This document shows, in pieces, positions 35,883 to 49,276 of a DNA stretch of 64,000 nt. The stretch is from Vitrella brassicaformis CCMP3155 (lineage: Eukaryota > Protista > Chromerida). A program made the translations under genes and the position numbers. Below the pieces are notes generated by a model. It was not told where the DNA came from. It ran no database searches and saw only the letters and a list, made by a program, of their open reading frames with translations. The stretch spans positions 1 through 64,000 of the forward strand of contig CDMY01000422.1 in assembly GCA_001179505.1 (NCBI GenBank), given 5' to 3'. Position 1 is the first letter of the stretch. Every line of letters starts with the position of its first letter.

Positions 35883-38753
35883 ATGGCTTTCGCATCGACC
35901 TCTCACACGAAGGTTGACGCCAACAGTGTACAACGTGCGGTAGGAACGTGCTGCCACAGCTGCCCACATGAGGGTGTCCATGTGTTCTGTGTGTACGGCA
36001 GCTGTCCGAGTGTCACCCTGAGGGTGCGCGTGAACTTGGTGAGCTGTTGGCGATGGCCCGGCAGGCCGAGGAGGCCACTGTGCGCCGAATCGCGGTCTTG
36101 GAGGAAGCGCTGGCACCCACCTGGGATCCAAGAAAAGACGTATGGGCCCACGATACGCCATTGTGAAACGTATGACTGCACCACGACCTGACTGACTGTA
36201 TTTGGGTGGTTCAGTTCGATATGACGGCCGACCGCCCAAAGCAGGACGTGAGCACTCGAGCACAGATGTATGTATGAATTCACTGCCGCACGTACGTCCT
36301 TTTGTTTGTGTGGTGATGCTGTCAGCCTGGGGTGTGCCGGCTCCGTGTGTTCATCTACAACAGCGCTACTAATCAGCCACGGGACCCTGATGGGGGACTT
36401 GCCAGCTTCACCCACGAGGCACGGAGGGCAGGGAGGAGGCTGTCCGTATGTTGGATGGATGCATGAATGGAGGACAGGGGAACGTAAATATCTGTGTGTG
36501 CGGGTTGCTGGGGCATTCACCCCCCTGGTGCAGGATTGGAGTCGCAAGGACCCTCCTTCCTGGACACTTCGCATACAGGGGACCGTTGACGACACGCAGG
36601 TACGTCAAGGCGTAGTACACGGAGCCCGTCGCAGCGGCAGCGCAGTAGCTTGACAACAGCCAACGTCCAGAGCACCTTTGTTGTTTGATTTACTGTCAGA
36701 GAGCCCTCGGCGCGAAGCTGACGTCCTTCGTCAGCAAGATAGTGATCATTACGAAAGATGAAACCATCATAGTAAGTTGCTCACGGGGTGGTTTAGGACA
36801 GAGGCAAAGAAGGTGTGTCCCTCTCATGGGTTTGTTGTGCGTACAGTGGGACAGGAGGTCTTACGAGGGCCCTGACGTCGATGGCATCGAACTCAAACGT
36901 ACAGGAAATCAGGTACGAGGCACAAAGGAGGAGAAAGGGAGAGAGGAAGAAAGGACACGGACAGAGAAGGAGGCACAGGTGGTGGAAAACAAAGAGCTCC
37001 CTCGGCCGCTGTCTCCGCGTATGGTCGCCTCCACAGGAGATGGCGGTGCGCGTCCTGCTGTTCCTCGATTACAAGACACCGCAATACACCGTAGGCAGCT
37101 ATCCACATGCAGCCGGGCACCGACGCCTCCATCCAGTGACACGAGCCAGCCATTCACTTCCCCTCCCATCCTCCCTCCCCCGTTCCCTCCTCGTGTTATC
37201 ATCCAACACCTGCAGTTGAGTCAAGAGCTGACGCAGCTCACAGGGGGGACACAACAGGCTTCACTGGCTGGTACGCAACTGTGCGCCACTTATATGGCCA
37301 CGTACATTAATGCATACGAGGGGATTGTGTTTCATCCGTGCGGTGGTGTGCCAGGCGTAATCAAGAAGATATGCGAGTACGCCAGGACGAGGGGGGGGTT
37401 CCTGCCGGGCCCACATTTCGCCATCAAGGCAGACGCAGCCATCAAGAAGGTATGCATGGTGGTATAACACAAACGGATATGAAGTTATGATTGAGTGAAT
37501 GAATGGATTGCCCACGTGGTACAGCTGTTTCCGTCGGTAGGGGATTCAGTGTCCCTTTCGAGCCTGCCTGACCTGTGCCGGCCTCACCTGCGGCCGCCTA
37601 AGCCCATCGAAGTCACTCACCAACTCAAGTGAGTCAATCTGTCCTGATAACACAGTCAGGCTGGACTGACCGACCAACTCACAGATCAAGGCAGTCAGGT
37701 GGCAGGCAGGCTTACCGGGAGTGTATGTGCAGACTGCATTGTGACTGGATCGACACGGAGACGTCATACGAAATATGCATAGAGGTAAACAAGCTACATC
37801 TGAGGTTGATACATATGTACTCTTTACGATGCACGAGGCGTCCACGCCGCTGCCCTCCCTCTCCCCCTCTCCCTACCCCGCTCATTCCCTCGTTCTCCCT
37901 CTCTCCCTTGTCTGAATGGTGCTGTGCTGCATGTGTGAGCAGACCCCTCATTTGCTTCATACTGACCTCTCCAAGGCCCTGCATGGCCAGCCTAGTATAG
38001 CTGAAGCCAGGCGCCAGATCGAGGTAGCTGACGAACAGGTAGGGACGCCCCTTGTTGGCCGTGGAGGCGGGCAGGCAAGGTTGAACCTCTACCTGCACGG
38101 CTGTCCTGCCCTTGGCCCTTCAGGTATCCAAGATCCTGGAGCGGATTCAGCATCACATCAGGAGGCGAAACCACATGCTGGCCTTCGCAAACTCACCTGT
38201 GGAGGTAGGCACGGATGTAATTCCACTAAAATCCAAACCCATGTGTTCACATCAGTGCAGGCAGCTCCAGTAAGTAGACACATAGACAGCTCAGGGACAC
38301 ACACTAATGAACCATCTGCGTGCGTGGATCATTCTGTGGCTGCCTATAAGTCTAAATGTGTGTATCTGGGGCAGTTTCTGCACGCGGTCCTCAGCTCGGG
38401 CTCACAAGCAGTCCCCGCGGTCAGTTGACATACGTACTTACATGCTTGACATCACGCCGTACCTGTGATGTGGGATCTTGTCGTTGTGCCATCCCCGCCT
38501 ACGTTGGATGCAGTCCTGGCCTCTGTCCTCTGCCGACGATTGTTTCGAATCTCGACGCCCCGAGAGGGATGCAGTATTCTTCGCACAGGTACCTAGCCCA
38601 GCGACGAGTCAGTCGTCCATCGCCGAATCACTCATCCATCCACGGGTGTGGCTGGCTGTATCTGCGTGGGCTCGTATCGTGTCGCAGCCGTGGGTTCCCC
38701 CGGCGACTCAGCGATATTTGGAGCGTTCCCGTAGGTTGGGGAATCATGACTGA
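35883..38753 (+). CDS. SMARCD: SWI/SNF subunit BAF60/SMARCD/Swp73-like; multi-exon
   Basis: Spliced segments RLRVFIYNS, PPSWTLRIQG, KLTSFVSKIVI, DVDGIELKRTGN, VRVLLFLDY, HLRPPKPIEVTHQL, RRRNHMLAFANSP and FFAQ|PWVPPATQRYL follow the SMARCD motif order. Confidence 0.85.
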
Positions 38754-39050
38754 CCATGACGGTTAGAAAAGGAAGGACAACTGATCTCGCCGACCAAAAT
38801 CGACTACTCAGTAAGTACATTCTCATTGATGATGATGCGCGACTCTTTCCGGTGACACAGCAACACACATTAGCCTGCGCGTTCCTCTCCTGAGGCTGGT
38901 CTGCTTTGATGCCCGCCTGGCCCTTTCTCCCTTTCTCCCTATTGGTCGGCTGTTGCGAGTGGATGGTGGTGTGTGGGCTTGAGCTGGCCACTTTTGGTCC
39001 GCCACGGCCACGTTCAAGCATGATTATCGTGAAGTGACACCTCTACCGCA

Positions 39051-39092
39051 CCCCTCGGGGGCAAGGTCCCCCCGGGGTTACGAACGAACGAC
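39051..39092 (+). repeat. Repeat terminus with GC stem and (GAAC)n-like tail
   Basis: Reverse complement resembles 16982-17037. Confidence 0.6.
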
Positions 39093-39478
39093 TTCTCAGA
39101 GTTGCCTTACCGAAGAAAATCCCGCCAAACGCCGAGAAAAGGGTTTTCACGCGACGTGAATGTTCCCCCTCCCCCGTCATAAACCAGGTAAGGCGCAACA
39201 GCGCAGGGAGAAGCTGTGAGAATATTCTTCTTCCTATGCGGGGTTTCTGCAAACGAGACCCGCCACTTGAGAGATGCGCGCGACATCAAAAATAGAAAAG
39301 GGAGGATTGCAGGAGAAGGCGATAGGAAAGGACGTACAAAGAGAGCACGAATATGGAGAGGAAGGAGGGAGAGAGAGGTGAGGACCTGAGAGATCTCCGC
39401 CGTTGCGCTATGTCAATCTGTCCGAAACCTACTGATATTGTGTGGGTATTTCTATATATATATCGGTGTCTCCCTTGT

Positions 39479-40078
39479 CTACTCCATATTTGACATCCGC
39501 CTCTGGTGTAGTGCATAGCCCAGCAACCGCCCTGCATTGCTTGATCCCCTCCGCAACCCCCTGAACAGTCGATCTCTCGGCCCACCCGTCACCTCCCTCG
39601 TCCCATTCAAAGCGCCCTCCAACCGCTCCAGCACAGGGCTAGGAAGCACCTCCCCAGCCATGCCGTGACCCTCCACGAACCCCTGAATGACGTCATATGC
39701 GGCCTCGAGCTCCATCTCGGCATCGGACAATGCAGTGCTGGGCCGGGCACCCACCTGCTGAGCGGCCGACGACAGAAGCACCACCGCATCCGTCTGTGCT
39801 GCAGACGGTGATGTCGCAGTGGGAGAGGGGGCGGGCGACTCGATCGGGGAGATGGGAGGGAAAGAGGGCCCTTCCCAAGGCCACCCACCCCGCCAGCCCC
39901 CTGTCCATCTCTCCCCCCCCCCTCGCCGAATAACATCTCTTTCTTCTTGCACCACCTTCCCCCCTCGTGAATTCATGCTTTCTGGATCGAGGAGTAAGCA
40001 TGAGGTGACTCCATGCTTTCTGGCATGTACTCCGCGTGCAAGGGACCCACTTTGTCTGTCTTCCCCTCCCCCCGGCAC
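39479..40078 (-). pseudogene. Fragment of a dispersed lineage-specific coding family (ELEAAYDVIQGFVEGHG...), probably not a complete gene
   Basis: Open frame with paralogous DNA at 25845-26150. Its 5' part runs into unrelated repeat A. Confidence 0.45.
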
Positions 40079-41405
40079 AACGAGTCTTCAGACGCTTTCG
40101 AACTGCAATTTGCACCAGCGTGCGACTGCCATGTTGTCTCCTACCTATGAACATTGACACATTGAAGCTTGTCTTTTGAAGCCCCCTCCCCCGTTCAAGG
40201 GGGAGGGGGCGACATTGCATGGTCCACAAGGCATCTGACTTCACACGGTGTGCCTTTACTGCAATCACCCATCAGAAACAGCGATCGTCGGCTTCTGGAC
40301 CAGTGCTACCGCTAATGACTGAGTCCGCTTCATCCGCTCTCCCCGGATCCTTGCAAAATACCGTCAAATCGTTGCATCTCTTGCACGCTCCCTTTCAGGA
40401 TTTACCCTAAAGGTCAGCCCGTGGCCAATCGCGATCACTGGAAATTTGTGTACATTCGACTTTGGTGCGACATTTTGCCTGGTGTCCCTTCCCGATCGCC
40501 TCCCATTACTCGGGGGCCCCTCCCCCCTCGTAACCGTTCGTCGAGCCGCGTTCGCGGCGAGGCCCATCGAGGAGTAGCAAGCATGAGGTGAATTCATGCT
40601 TTCTGGCATGTACTCGCGCGTGCAAGGCCCCACTTTGTCTGTATTCCTCTCTCCCCAGCATAACGAGTCTTCAGACGGCTTTCCAACTCCAATTTGTGCC
40701 AGTGTGCGACTGCCTTATTGTCTCCTACCTACACCCCACCAGGACGAAATTGACTTGTTTCGCACTTGTTTCGTCTCTCTGTAGACTGATGCCTGTGAGG
40801 TAGGATGTGATTGTCGGCTGAAGGTGTGCATTGCGTGTTCGCCGGTGTGTTGCCGACGGCCGCCAGGCAGCAGACATTGGCTATCGGTTGATCATCCGTG
40901 CATCGCATTGATTGAGACGCCATGAGTCGGCTGATCGGCCAGGAAACGCAAGCATGCACCAGGGAGTAGTCGGCGGGCATCAGGCTGCATACCAGCGGTC
41001 ATCAGGGAGCACTCGGCAGGCGTCAGCGGCCCGGATTTCTGCTTGTGAGACTCGGTTTTCCTTTTCAGCCTCCAAAACCCGGTTTTCTGTCCTCAAGACG
41101 GGTTTTCTGTACACTGTACAGGGCTGCTGGTTTTCTGCACGAGCAGCTGCTTTTCTGTAGAGAGGCTGGTTTTCTGTACAGAGACAGACAGTCGGGGATA
41201 ATACGTTCATAACAGTGCAATGACAGTGCAGCGTCCCTTTCACGGTTTAGTAAAACGAGTCTGTGCGAGTCCATAGAAAATCACGAGTCAGGAGAAGGTG
41301 GATAAGCAATATTGGTGCGAAATTTGTTCCTTGCCGACCGCCTCCCACACGGGGGCCCCTCCCCGCTCGTAACCGTTCGTCGAGCCTTCACGGCAGGCCC
41401 ATCGA
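39986..41405. repeat. Interleaved direct repeats A1 (39986-40147), B1 (40462-40570), A2 (40566-40731), B2 (41312-41405)
   Basis: A1/A2 share ATCGAGGAGTA...CATGAGGTGA...ACGAGTCTTCAGACG...GTCTCCTACCTA. B1/B2 share TTGGTGCGA...GGGGGCCCCTCCCC...CGTAACCGTTCGTCGAGCC...GGCCCATCGA. Confidence 0.8.
41259..41298 (-). repeat. 40-bp remnant of the same non-LTR element end as 16403-16442
   Basis: 37 of 40 bases identical, counted by eye; covers the PSPDx-stop region. Confidence 0.7.
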
Positions 41406-41759
41406 TCGATCATGCTCATATACGCAGAGTTGTATTGCCTGTAAAGAAAGATCTCTAGAGAAAGATGGCTTTTGAGTGGCGAGATGACTTTCTGCACTGC
41501 CTTCTTCGATCACTAGCTCGCAACGAGTGGAATTCTCTGGTGAAGCGTTATCCATCGAGAGGGAGATTCGAGTCCCTCAATGCACTGAATTGAGTCACCC
41601 TGCAAAGTACGTACAGAGAGAGACAGAGCAGGCGGATCAATCCATCCATCCATCTATCAACGACTCATTTTTTCTGAGTGTCTCAGTGCTGTGCCGATGC
41701 GTCTCAGTGTTCTCCGGGGCGAAAAACAGGTTTTCCCATGTTAAAGTCGCAAACCCAAG

Positions 41760-44700
41760 GGAGGAGCCTTCAACGAGCAGACCAATGAAAACATTTACGT
41801 CTGACCAACTAGTTGTCGGACGCATTGACTGCAGAGAGGCATGTATGTCCCAGAGGTGCTACGTGAGGGCATCGACCAAGTGTGTGTTATGCATCAGGGC
41901 AGAAGCCTCTTATTTGAAAAACGGAAAGGGGGTGACAAGCGAGGAAGGGGTACCAACGATCGGAAGAGTAGTATTGAATATGAGGGTTCGGCCAACTGAT
42001 ATTGGGGGTGTTTGTTCGGTCAGCTTTGCTATTCACTCAATCTAGTCAATCACATCCTTCTCTCCTTCCTTCCTCGCCGTGTTCACATTCGCCAGCGGGG
42101 CCTACCGGCGCCGTGGGTCCTGTTGAGGTGCATGGGGGTGGGAGACGGCGCCCTGACAGAGACATGCATGCCACGCCACCACAGGTGGGCCGCTGAGCGG
42201 GTACATGGACGGGCATTGCAGCGTCGACTGCCTCCACCGACCATCGGGTGCAAGCGTATATACATGAATTCGTACCGCTTGAGATGGCCTGACAGTGTGC
42301 GTCCCGATCTGCCGCCAGCCGTGATGGAGTGTCCTCCCGCGAACTTGTCCAGGAGCAGCCCACTGCCACCACTCATCGAAAGCAGAGTAGTCGTGGGGGC
42401 AGGTACAGATACACCAACCGCTGGACAACAAATAACGGCGTGACTGCTGTGTTGCGTGTGTATGGAGACATGAGCGTACCTGGCGACGCGGGTCGCGAGT
42501 GGTGCGGTGATGGCGGGCGACCGTTGAGGGTCCCCCGCAAAGGACCAGGAGACGGAGGGCGGCCTGAGAGCGAGTGAGGGAGGAAAAAATGCCTGTGTCG
42601 TCTTGTACGGTCTGTCATCGAAGCCTCTTGTTTAGCGGACCATGTGTCAGGTATGGTCTCGAGGATGGCGCGGTTGATGGCCTCTTCTTGCGCATTGCAT
42701 TGCTGCCGTACTGCTCCTGGCACTCGTCCTCACTGCTCCCCACACGGGCGCTCCCATCACCGCGAGGTCTGAAGCCGCCGGACCGCTGTGATTGGCCATC
42801 TGCACGACACAAAGACATACACACAAACGCACACCCAACACTTGCGGCAACCGAATCGCAACACTGTGGTCGCTTCGGGTAGCGGTCAGACAGGTGCGGT
42901 GTGCGATGAGGTCACGGACCATCTCGGTTGAGGTTTCCGTACAGGGTACCATTGCCAAAGCCGTTGGTCATCTGCACACAGCCAGCGGTGACACACACCC
43001 ACACACAGTTTGGTGCAATGGGACACAAGCGCTAGCCAGACTAGTCCTCCAGCCTCGCTCACCACTCTACTCTTCTCGTATCCGGCGAAGGCCCGTGATG
43101 CCGATGCGTTAGACCCCCCCAGACGAAGAGGGCCGGGCGAACCTTTTCGAAGGGATGCGCTGTTCGGACACAGCAAACAATATATACCAGCCCCTTCCAC
43201 TGCCACGTTAGCAGGGGGCGTCCTCTGGCCCAACTTTATTGACCTGCTTCCACGCTCTCGCTGGCTTGCTCCGAGCATCGGTGACGGTTCGCGGACTCTG
43301 CACAAATATGAGAACACTGGATGGTGGCGATTGGTCACTTCCATCGTGCCCACCGATTCGGTGGCGTAACCCCTGAGTCTCGCCTCGAGCTCCCCCTCTC
43401 GCGGTACGCTCCGTATGCCCCAGTGAGATGCAAGGATCCCCCTTCCGCCATGCGGTCGCGGTTGTAGGTGTTGTTGAGGCTTCCTCCCACTCCGCCCGCC
43501 ACGGACGCACCTGCAGGGTCCCCTCCCAGCCCCAGCCCGACAGTCAAGCCCATCGATGCAGCCTGCCGGGACTCCGCACCATTGGCCGATGTCGGTGAGC
43601 CCTGACGGAGCATCAGTGGGGGCGTCGACGGACGAGCCGAGCGGGTATCCAGTGCCCGTGCCTGCCTTCCGTTGGTGGTGTGCATCGGCAGGAACCCGTC
43701 GGCAGCGCCAAGGTTATGCGGTGCGTTCAATGACAGCGAGGAACCCAGAAAAAAGCTGCCCAAGGCAGCACCACTGTGCGAACCATTCTTCAGCTCACGG
43801 ACAGATGCAGTGTTCCTACGCACATAAAAAGATACATTCATTGCCGCCTGTGGCTGCATTGAATCATCCAGCCATCCATGTATCGGGTACCGGAAGGCAG
43901 CATCTTGGTCAAACACGTCCCGGTAGAGTCCCCGGCCTGACACACGAATGAGAACGTCCAGCATCCATCAACATCAGACAGGGTAGCGCCATAACAAAGG
44001 TCGCATCGGTTCGCGCTCAAGGCGCCCTTACGGAGAATGCTCCGAGCGTTCTCGGACGTACTGCGATGCTCGCCATGGCCATCCTCATCTGCAGGAATCA
44101 TGAAGAATGAATGAAAACGTACGCCTGCCTGGTACGAACCGACTCGACTGACTGGCTGACTGACAATGGCTTGCCACATGAATGAGTGCATGCATCGCCC
44201 GGCAAACGGTGCTGCTGACCTTCGCCAGTAGCCCATGGGAAAACCTCCCTCCTCTGCACGGCTTGCGTGAACCTGCTAGGTGCATGAGAGGCCTCATCCT
44301 GCACAGACAGAGACACAGAGAGACGGACGTGCATGGTACGATGGACTACTCAACCACGGCGCACCTTGTTGTTGGCTTGTGTGAGCCCCGTCCCGTTGCT
44401 GTTCTGTGATGTGCGGTAGTCTCTGTTGGATTGTGCTGTATCTGTGGGCGAAGGCTGCCCGTCATCGACGACCGACGTAGGAGTGTCGATGTCAGCACGT
44501 GCCTCGGCGGGGGGGATGTATTGATGGCGTTTCAACATCTTGAGCTGCAGTCCACGACAGCTGTCACCGGCTGAATAGGGCCCGCTGCTGGTCTTGACAC
44601 CACTCGTGCTGTCGCATACATCTGAACCAACGTAATCTCTACGTCATATCTTCATATTTGCAGTGTTCACCGACCTGATGAGTCCTTTCGGCTACACCTT

Positions 44701-46845
44701 GCGTCTTTAGTAGTGTATAGAGAGGCGGGTGCAGCAGGTGCTATGTCATGCGCACTGGCGCCGGCATTCTTTGTCAAGGATCCCGACTCAGGCCCCACGG
44801 CGGCCCCCGAGACACCGGCATTGAGGTTGCTGGCAGCCGCACCGGACATCTCCTTGCCTGTCCCCTGCCTCTGTGCCCCGCTGGATTGCTCGGTGCCCAT
44901 GGCCACCTCCCGACCCGCATTCAGGGCCCCCGCCACTACTCCATTGGGAGCCTGCGTGCACGTCTGACCGCCTTGAGGAGCCTTCGGCTGAGGCAGCTGC
45001 TGGAAGAACGCAGATGATGACACTACACCGTTGCTGCTCGCTGAAGTGTGGGCCTGGCTACTGAAGAACTGCTCGCCGACGGAACTGGCGCGCAGAGAGG
45101 GCACGAAAGCGGTCGTGTGCTGCGATGTATCTGCACCCACAGGAGACAGACAGACAGACAGACACGTGAGTATAACGAGAGGGACAGCCTCCCTCCAGGG
45201 CTGCCTCGACTGACTGACCGACCTACCCTTCGAGGGCCCTGAATCCAACAATGTGCCACATAACTTATCTCCGGCCCTCTGCCCGTCATCCGCTGGAGCT
45301 ACGGTTTTGCCGGTGGAGCTGCTCGCAGCGAGAGCAGTGGATGATGATGCTGAGGCCGGGACGAAGGTGGCACTAGCTACCGAGGGCGACGGCGTGCTGG
45401 CGCTGGCGACTCTGTTCTTAAGAATGGACTTGAGGGTGGCTTTGGTGCCGTTGACGGTGCTGAAACTGGGCGGGTCCGTCGAGAGGGGAGCTGCTGACGA
45501 GGATAGGTTGGTGGTCTCGAGGCGCTCCTTGTCGTCCGCGCCGCGGTCCGCCCACGCCAGACGACGCGTGCCGTTTGAAGGCTCGCCGGGACCCGGCGCG
45601 CTCGGCGACGACGGCTGCGCTGCAAAACAACAAATAGGTCCCAGGAGTAGGGAGAAAGCGCAAATGACAAATACTAGCGTCGGGGAGCCACAGTTACTCG
45701 AAGCAAGATTGTCGTTTCGTGAGTTAATGTAGGTATTCCTCAGCAAAAGTTCCTCCGAGTCCAGGTCGGCTACAGGGCCGTCTGAAGAAGCACATGCAGA
45801 GTAAGTGAGAGACGTTCGGTGGAAGGCGCTACCGCCTGCGGCACTTGACACACAGATTCGTACCATTCCAATCGACGGATCGTTTTTTGTTGAGGTTGGG
45901 TCCGAAGAGCCTCTTTTCGTAGTCCTCGAGCTGCTTCATGAAGCCCCGCTTGATCTGAATGTCGCCTCGACGAGACGTCAGGTACTCGATGGTCTTCTCC
46001 AGTGACCATTGGTACCTGCATTCACAACACATACAGACCCAGACACGGGGCACCGCACCCATACCGGCAGTGGAGCCATTACATCTCGCGCGGCCCCTGG
46101 CCTCAGGTGTGCACGTCTGTGTGTCTGTCTGTCTGTCTGTCTGTGCCGTCGAGTCACACGCTTGGAGACGTGCATGTGTGTTTTATGTAGGTACCTCTTC
46201 ATCAGGTAGGCGACGACGATGCAACAGGACCGTGACTGCCCCCGGAAGGAGTGGATGAGAACTGACTCGCCCTCATCGACGCTTTCTTGAATAAACGCCG
46301 CCACCTCGTTGGCAACCTGATCTCGGTTGTCCAGGATCAGCTGGGGAAACATATGGCAAACAAGAAGACCCACACAGTAGTGCCAGTCACATGGGCTACC
46401 CAGCGGGTATGGCCGCGCATATATATTTTCCCTACCTGGTTGTCATGGTCCATCCAAAAGTAAGTGAGGTACTGAATGCCGATATTCTCATAGTTGTTAG
46501 GCACCTGGCGCCCAGCGCAATTCACGACGTGAGAGACCTGCCATACAAAACCGCCGTCACACATGTTGCCCGTCCAGAATGAAAAGCCCTTCTCATCCAG
46601 ACTTCTCAGGAACCTTGTTTGCAAGAAGAAATTCAAAATCGTGCGCTGAAAGCTGAGGAAATTCAGTGAGGCCACTGCTATCGTCTACGGCCTTGCACTT
46701 GTGGCCTTGTTTTTCATTGCGTACCTCATCGCCGACAAACAGACCATCTTTGACCTGAAAAAGGCGCAAACAGACACCCACTGTCAAGTACCTTCATCGA
46801 CCGACACGCCTAAGGTACCTTGACCGCGCCTAGGATGTCCATCAT
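41760..46845 (-). CDS. Dual-specificity phosphatase-domain protein, predicted inactive (Cys to Ser), with a long S/G/P-rich C-terminal region; 3' end approximate
   Basis: MMDILGAVK|VKDGLFVGDE|LSAHDFEFLLANK|VSHVVNCAG...YLTYFWMD, then VLIHSFRGQSRSCCIVVAYLMKR|YQWSLEKTIEYL...FMKQL, then EELLLRNTYINS. Confidence 0.85.
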
Positions 46846-46861
46846 TGTCAACAGTCTCCAC

Positions 46862-46980
46862 TTGGTTGGTTGTTTATTGTGTTTAACGAGACTCGTGTCT
46901 GTAACCCCGGAGGGATCCTGTTGTCTCACGAGTACACTAGCAGCACGTACATGCAAAGCATGCACACGGCCTGTCTACCC
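46862..46980 (-). repeat. Short retroelement-like end with AATAAA and (CAAC)n tail, same family as 26464-26737
   Basis: Minus strand reads GGTAGACAGGCCGTGTGCATGC...ACAGGATCCCTCCGGGGTTACAGACACGAGTCTCGTTAAACACAATAAACAACCAACCAA. Confidence 0.7.
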
Positions 46981-47389
46981 CTCCCTGTACTGGCACCGGC
47001 GGACAAAACAGATGGCAACAGAGAGCACTGGCTGCCTTGTAGAACGTTGACAAACACCGATTCCGGCTACATACACAAGAACGGGCGCTGTCGCCCAGCA
47101 AGAGCCATGGCAAGTGTACAGAAGCCAGAAGGGGGAAGTGGAAAAATGAGCGCCCTCTGAGCCACCAAAGCAACAATCAGCCGCTCCAGCGGCCAAGTGT
47201 GGCCTGGCTTTGGGGCAGGCGTGTCCGTAAAACAGCTTGGGGTACCTTGCAAAAAGCCCCCAAGCTCGCATCTGGAGGGATTGCCAGCTTGGCCCCAATT
47301 GGGGTGCACGGACAGGGGCGCGCCGCGCTCACAACGGAGAATTGGACCGACGGAATCTCTTGTGTGGATTTTTGTCCGGACAATTTTCT

Positions 47390-48003
47390 CCTAGGGAGGT
47401 CGAGGCCGGACGCGAGGTGACTCTTCCTCGGAGGATTGGCGTTTACCGTATGTCGAAAACCTCATCGACATGGGTAGAGTAGAAACATATCACGTACATT
47501 CGTTGAGAACGGACTCATCACCAGTATTGATCTATGCGTGCATGCAGGTGATGAGCCACGAAAGGCATGGCGGTCGGTGTAAGATTACCTTCACTCCAGG
47601 GGCCTCGCGCGGGGGCAGCACCAGCATGGAGGCGCTGCTCAAGGCTCTGGAGCTCAAACGGCAGCACCTGTTGACGGGCAAGTGCGCCGTCTGTGACACG
47701 TCACCCGCACGTGGCGACGAGGAGGGGGACGCTAATCTCACGACGCGGGACAGGCGTCAGCTGGCGGCCATCAATGCTGCACTCGGGGTGATCAACACAC
47801 AGCGCGAGGTGCCGCCTACCTTTGGGACTGGGTGCTTCGTCTACGAGTCCCGCAGGCTGGTCATCATGAGCCACAAGCGAGCACCTAAACCAGAGTGCAG
47901 AAAGACTTTTCCATGGCACCATGGGAAGCTGCAAGCAATTCAGGACGCTCTTGTGCTCAAGTACGACCATGTGTTGAAGAGGAGGTGTTGTCAAAAAGAT
48001 TAG
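47390..48003 (+). pseudogene. 5'-truncated but in-frame paralog of the last two AP2-like/Cys-His modules of 30629-33057
   Basis: RIGVYRMSKTSSTW|(intron 47474-47547)VMSH...MEALLKALELKRQHLLTGKCAVC...ECRKTFPWHHGKLQAIQDALVLKYDHVLKRRCC. Same intron position and homologous 3' flank. No upstream exons seen. Confidence 0.6.
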
Positions 48004-48072
48004 TGGCTCACTTACTATCTGTCTGTGGAGGGAAATTTTCCCGTTGATACCTTTTTCGATTCTCTACGTAGA

Positions 48073-49276
48073 TTCCGAGTAAGGGGCACCCACTGCGTGG
48101 GCACCCCGGGCCGCGAATTGGGCGGGGGTCCAAAGCAGCGTGCGAAGTGGCGGTGAATTATGCGTCACAGAGACATGCACAGCACGAGTGTTGGCGAGAA
48201 GCACACCGACGCATGCAACAATAGCGAGAGTGTCAAAAAACATGCAGACAACAATGGCGGGAGCTTGAAAAACATGCAGATCTCGAAGACAGACGTGGCA
48301 ATAACATGCAGGTACTCAAGAGGGCTGCAGTAAGAACACAAGACACGCCCTTGTTGAAGACGTGCTTGGCCAAGTATATCAATGCATCGATGCATTGATA
48401 TGTGAACCTATCGATATCCAGCGGTGATATCAATAGACATGTATCAATCTAGCGCGCCTGTTGAAGGGGCTATTGAAGACTGCCTTCGATGACTGTCAAT
48501 CGGCTTGTCAATCAAATGGGAGCCGCCAGGGTCAACCCAACGATGACCTGCACCAGCAACGCAACAAGGTAAATGAAATCGGCCACAGCCGCGCCACGTC
48601 AGATGAAGCAAGCCCCCTGAGTNNNNNNNNNNNNNNNNNNNNNNNNNNNNNNNNNNNNNNNNNNNNNNNNNNNNNNNNNNNNNNNNNNNNNNNNNNNNNN
48701 NNNNNNNNNNNNNNNNNNNNNNNNNNNNNNNNNNNNNNNNNNNNNNNNNNNNNNNNNNNNNNNNNNNNNNNNNNNNNNNNNNNNNNNNNNNNNNNNNNNN
48801 NNNNNNNNNNNNNNNNNNNNNNNNNNNNNNNNNNNNNNNNNNNNNNNNNNNNNNNNNNNNNNNNNNNNNNNNNNNNNNNNNNNNNNNNNNNNNNNNNNNN
48901 NNNNNNNNNNNNNNNNNNNNNNCACACAGACGAGTGTTACGGTTAATGACAGTTTCCACTCTTGCTTTTTTAAGAAGTTCGCGCCCAGAGATGCCCTTCA
49001 AGCATCAGCGGTTTCATGTAGCACCCTAGACGTCCTGACCGCCAAGCTTTTCCAATAACTTGCCGCTTTAGGGCATATCCGTTTGACGGTCACTGATCCA
49101 AACGTGACAAAAAACATGAAGCTGTTCGACATATTGGCGTGTCTGTAGTAGTGCGAGCAACACATCACCGCTACCGATTTCCCTTTTTTCTTCCATACGA
49201 TCGCGATCGAACGTTTTGTCCGACCGGACGTGTTGTTTCTTAAAGACGCAAATCGGGCACTAGCCCAATTCGCGGA
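48073..49276. mobile_element. Non-autonomous Helitron/Helentron-like element, copy 2 (contains an assembly gap)
   Basis: Perfect 13-bp inverted repeats at 48111-48123 and 49263-49275, hairpin at about 48083-48107, homology to 5664-6240 and 7850-8018. Flanks rejoin to match the empty site at 30536/30537. Confidence 0.85.
48623..48922. other. Assembly gap (300 N)
   Basis: Run of N. Confidence 1.

Noticed and set aside
35903-36595. Minus-strand 230-aa ORF resembling an integrase zinc finger
   Set aside because: It is the antisense of SMARCD exons, which have correct splice sites and conserved motifs on the plus strand.
48444-49001. ORFs containing long X runs (also 62498-63212)
   Set aside because: Artefacts of translating through N gaps.
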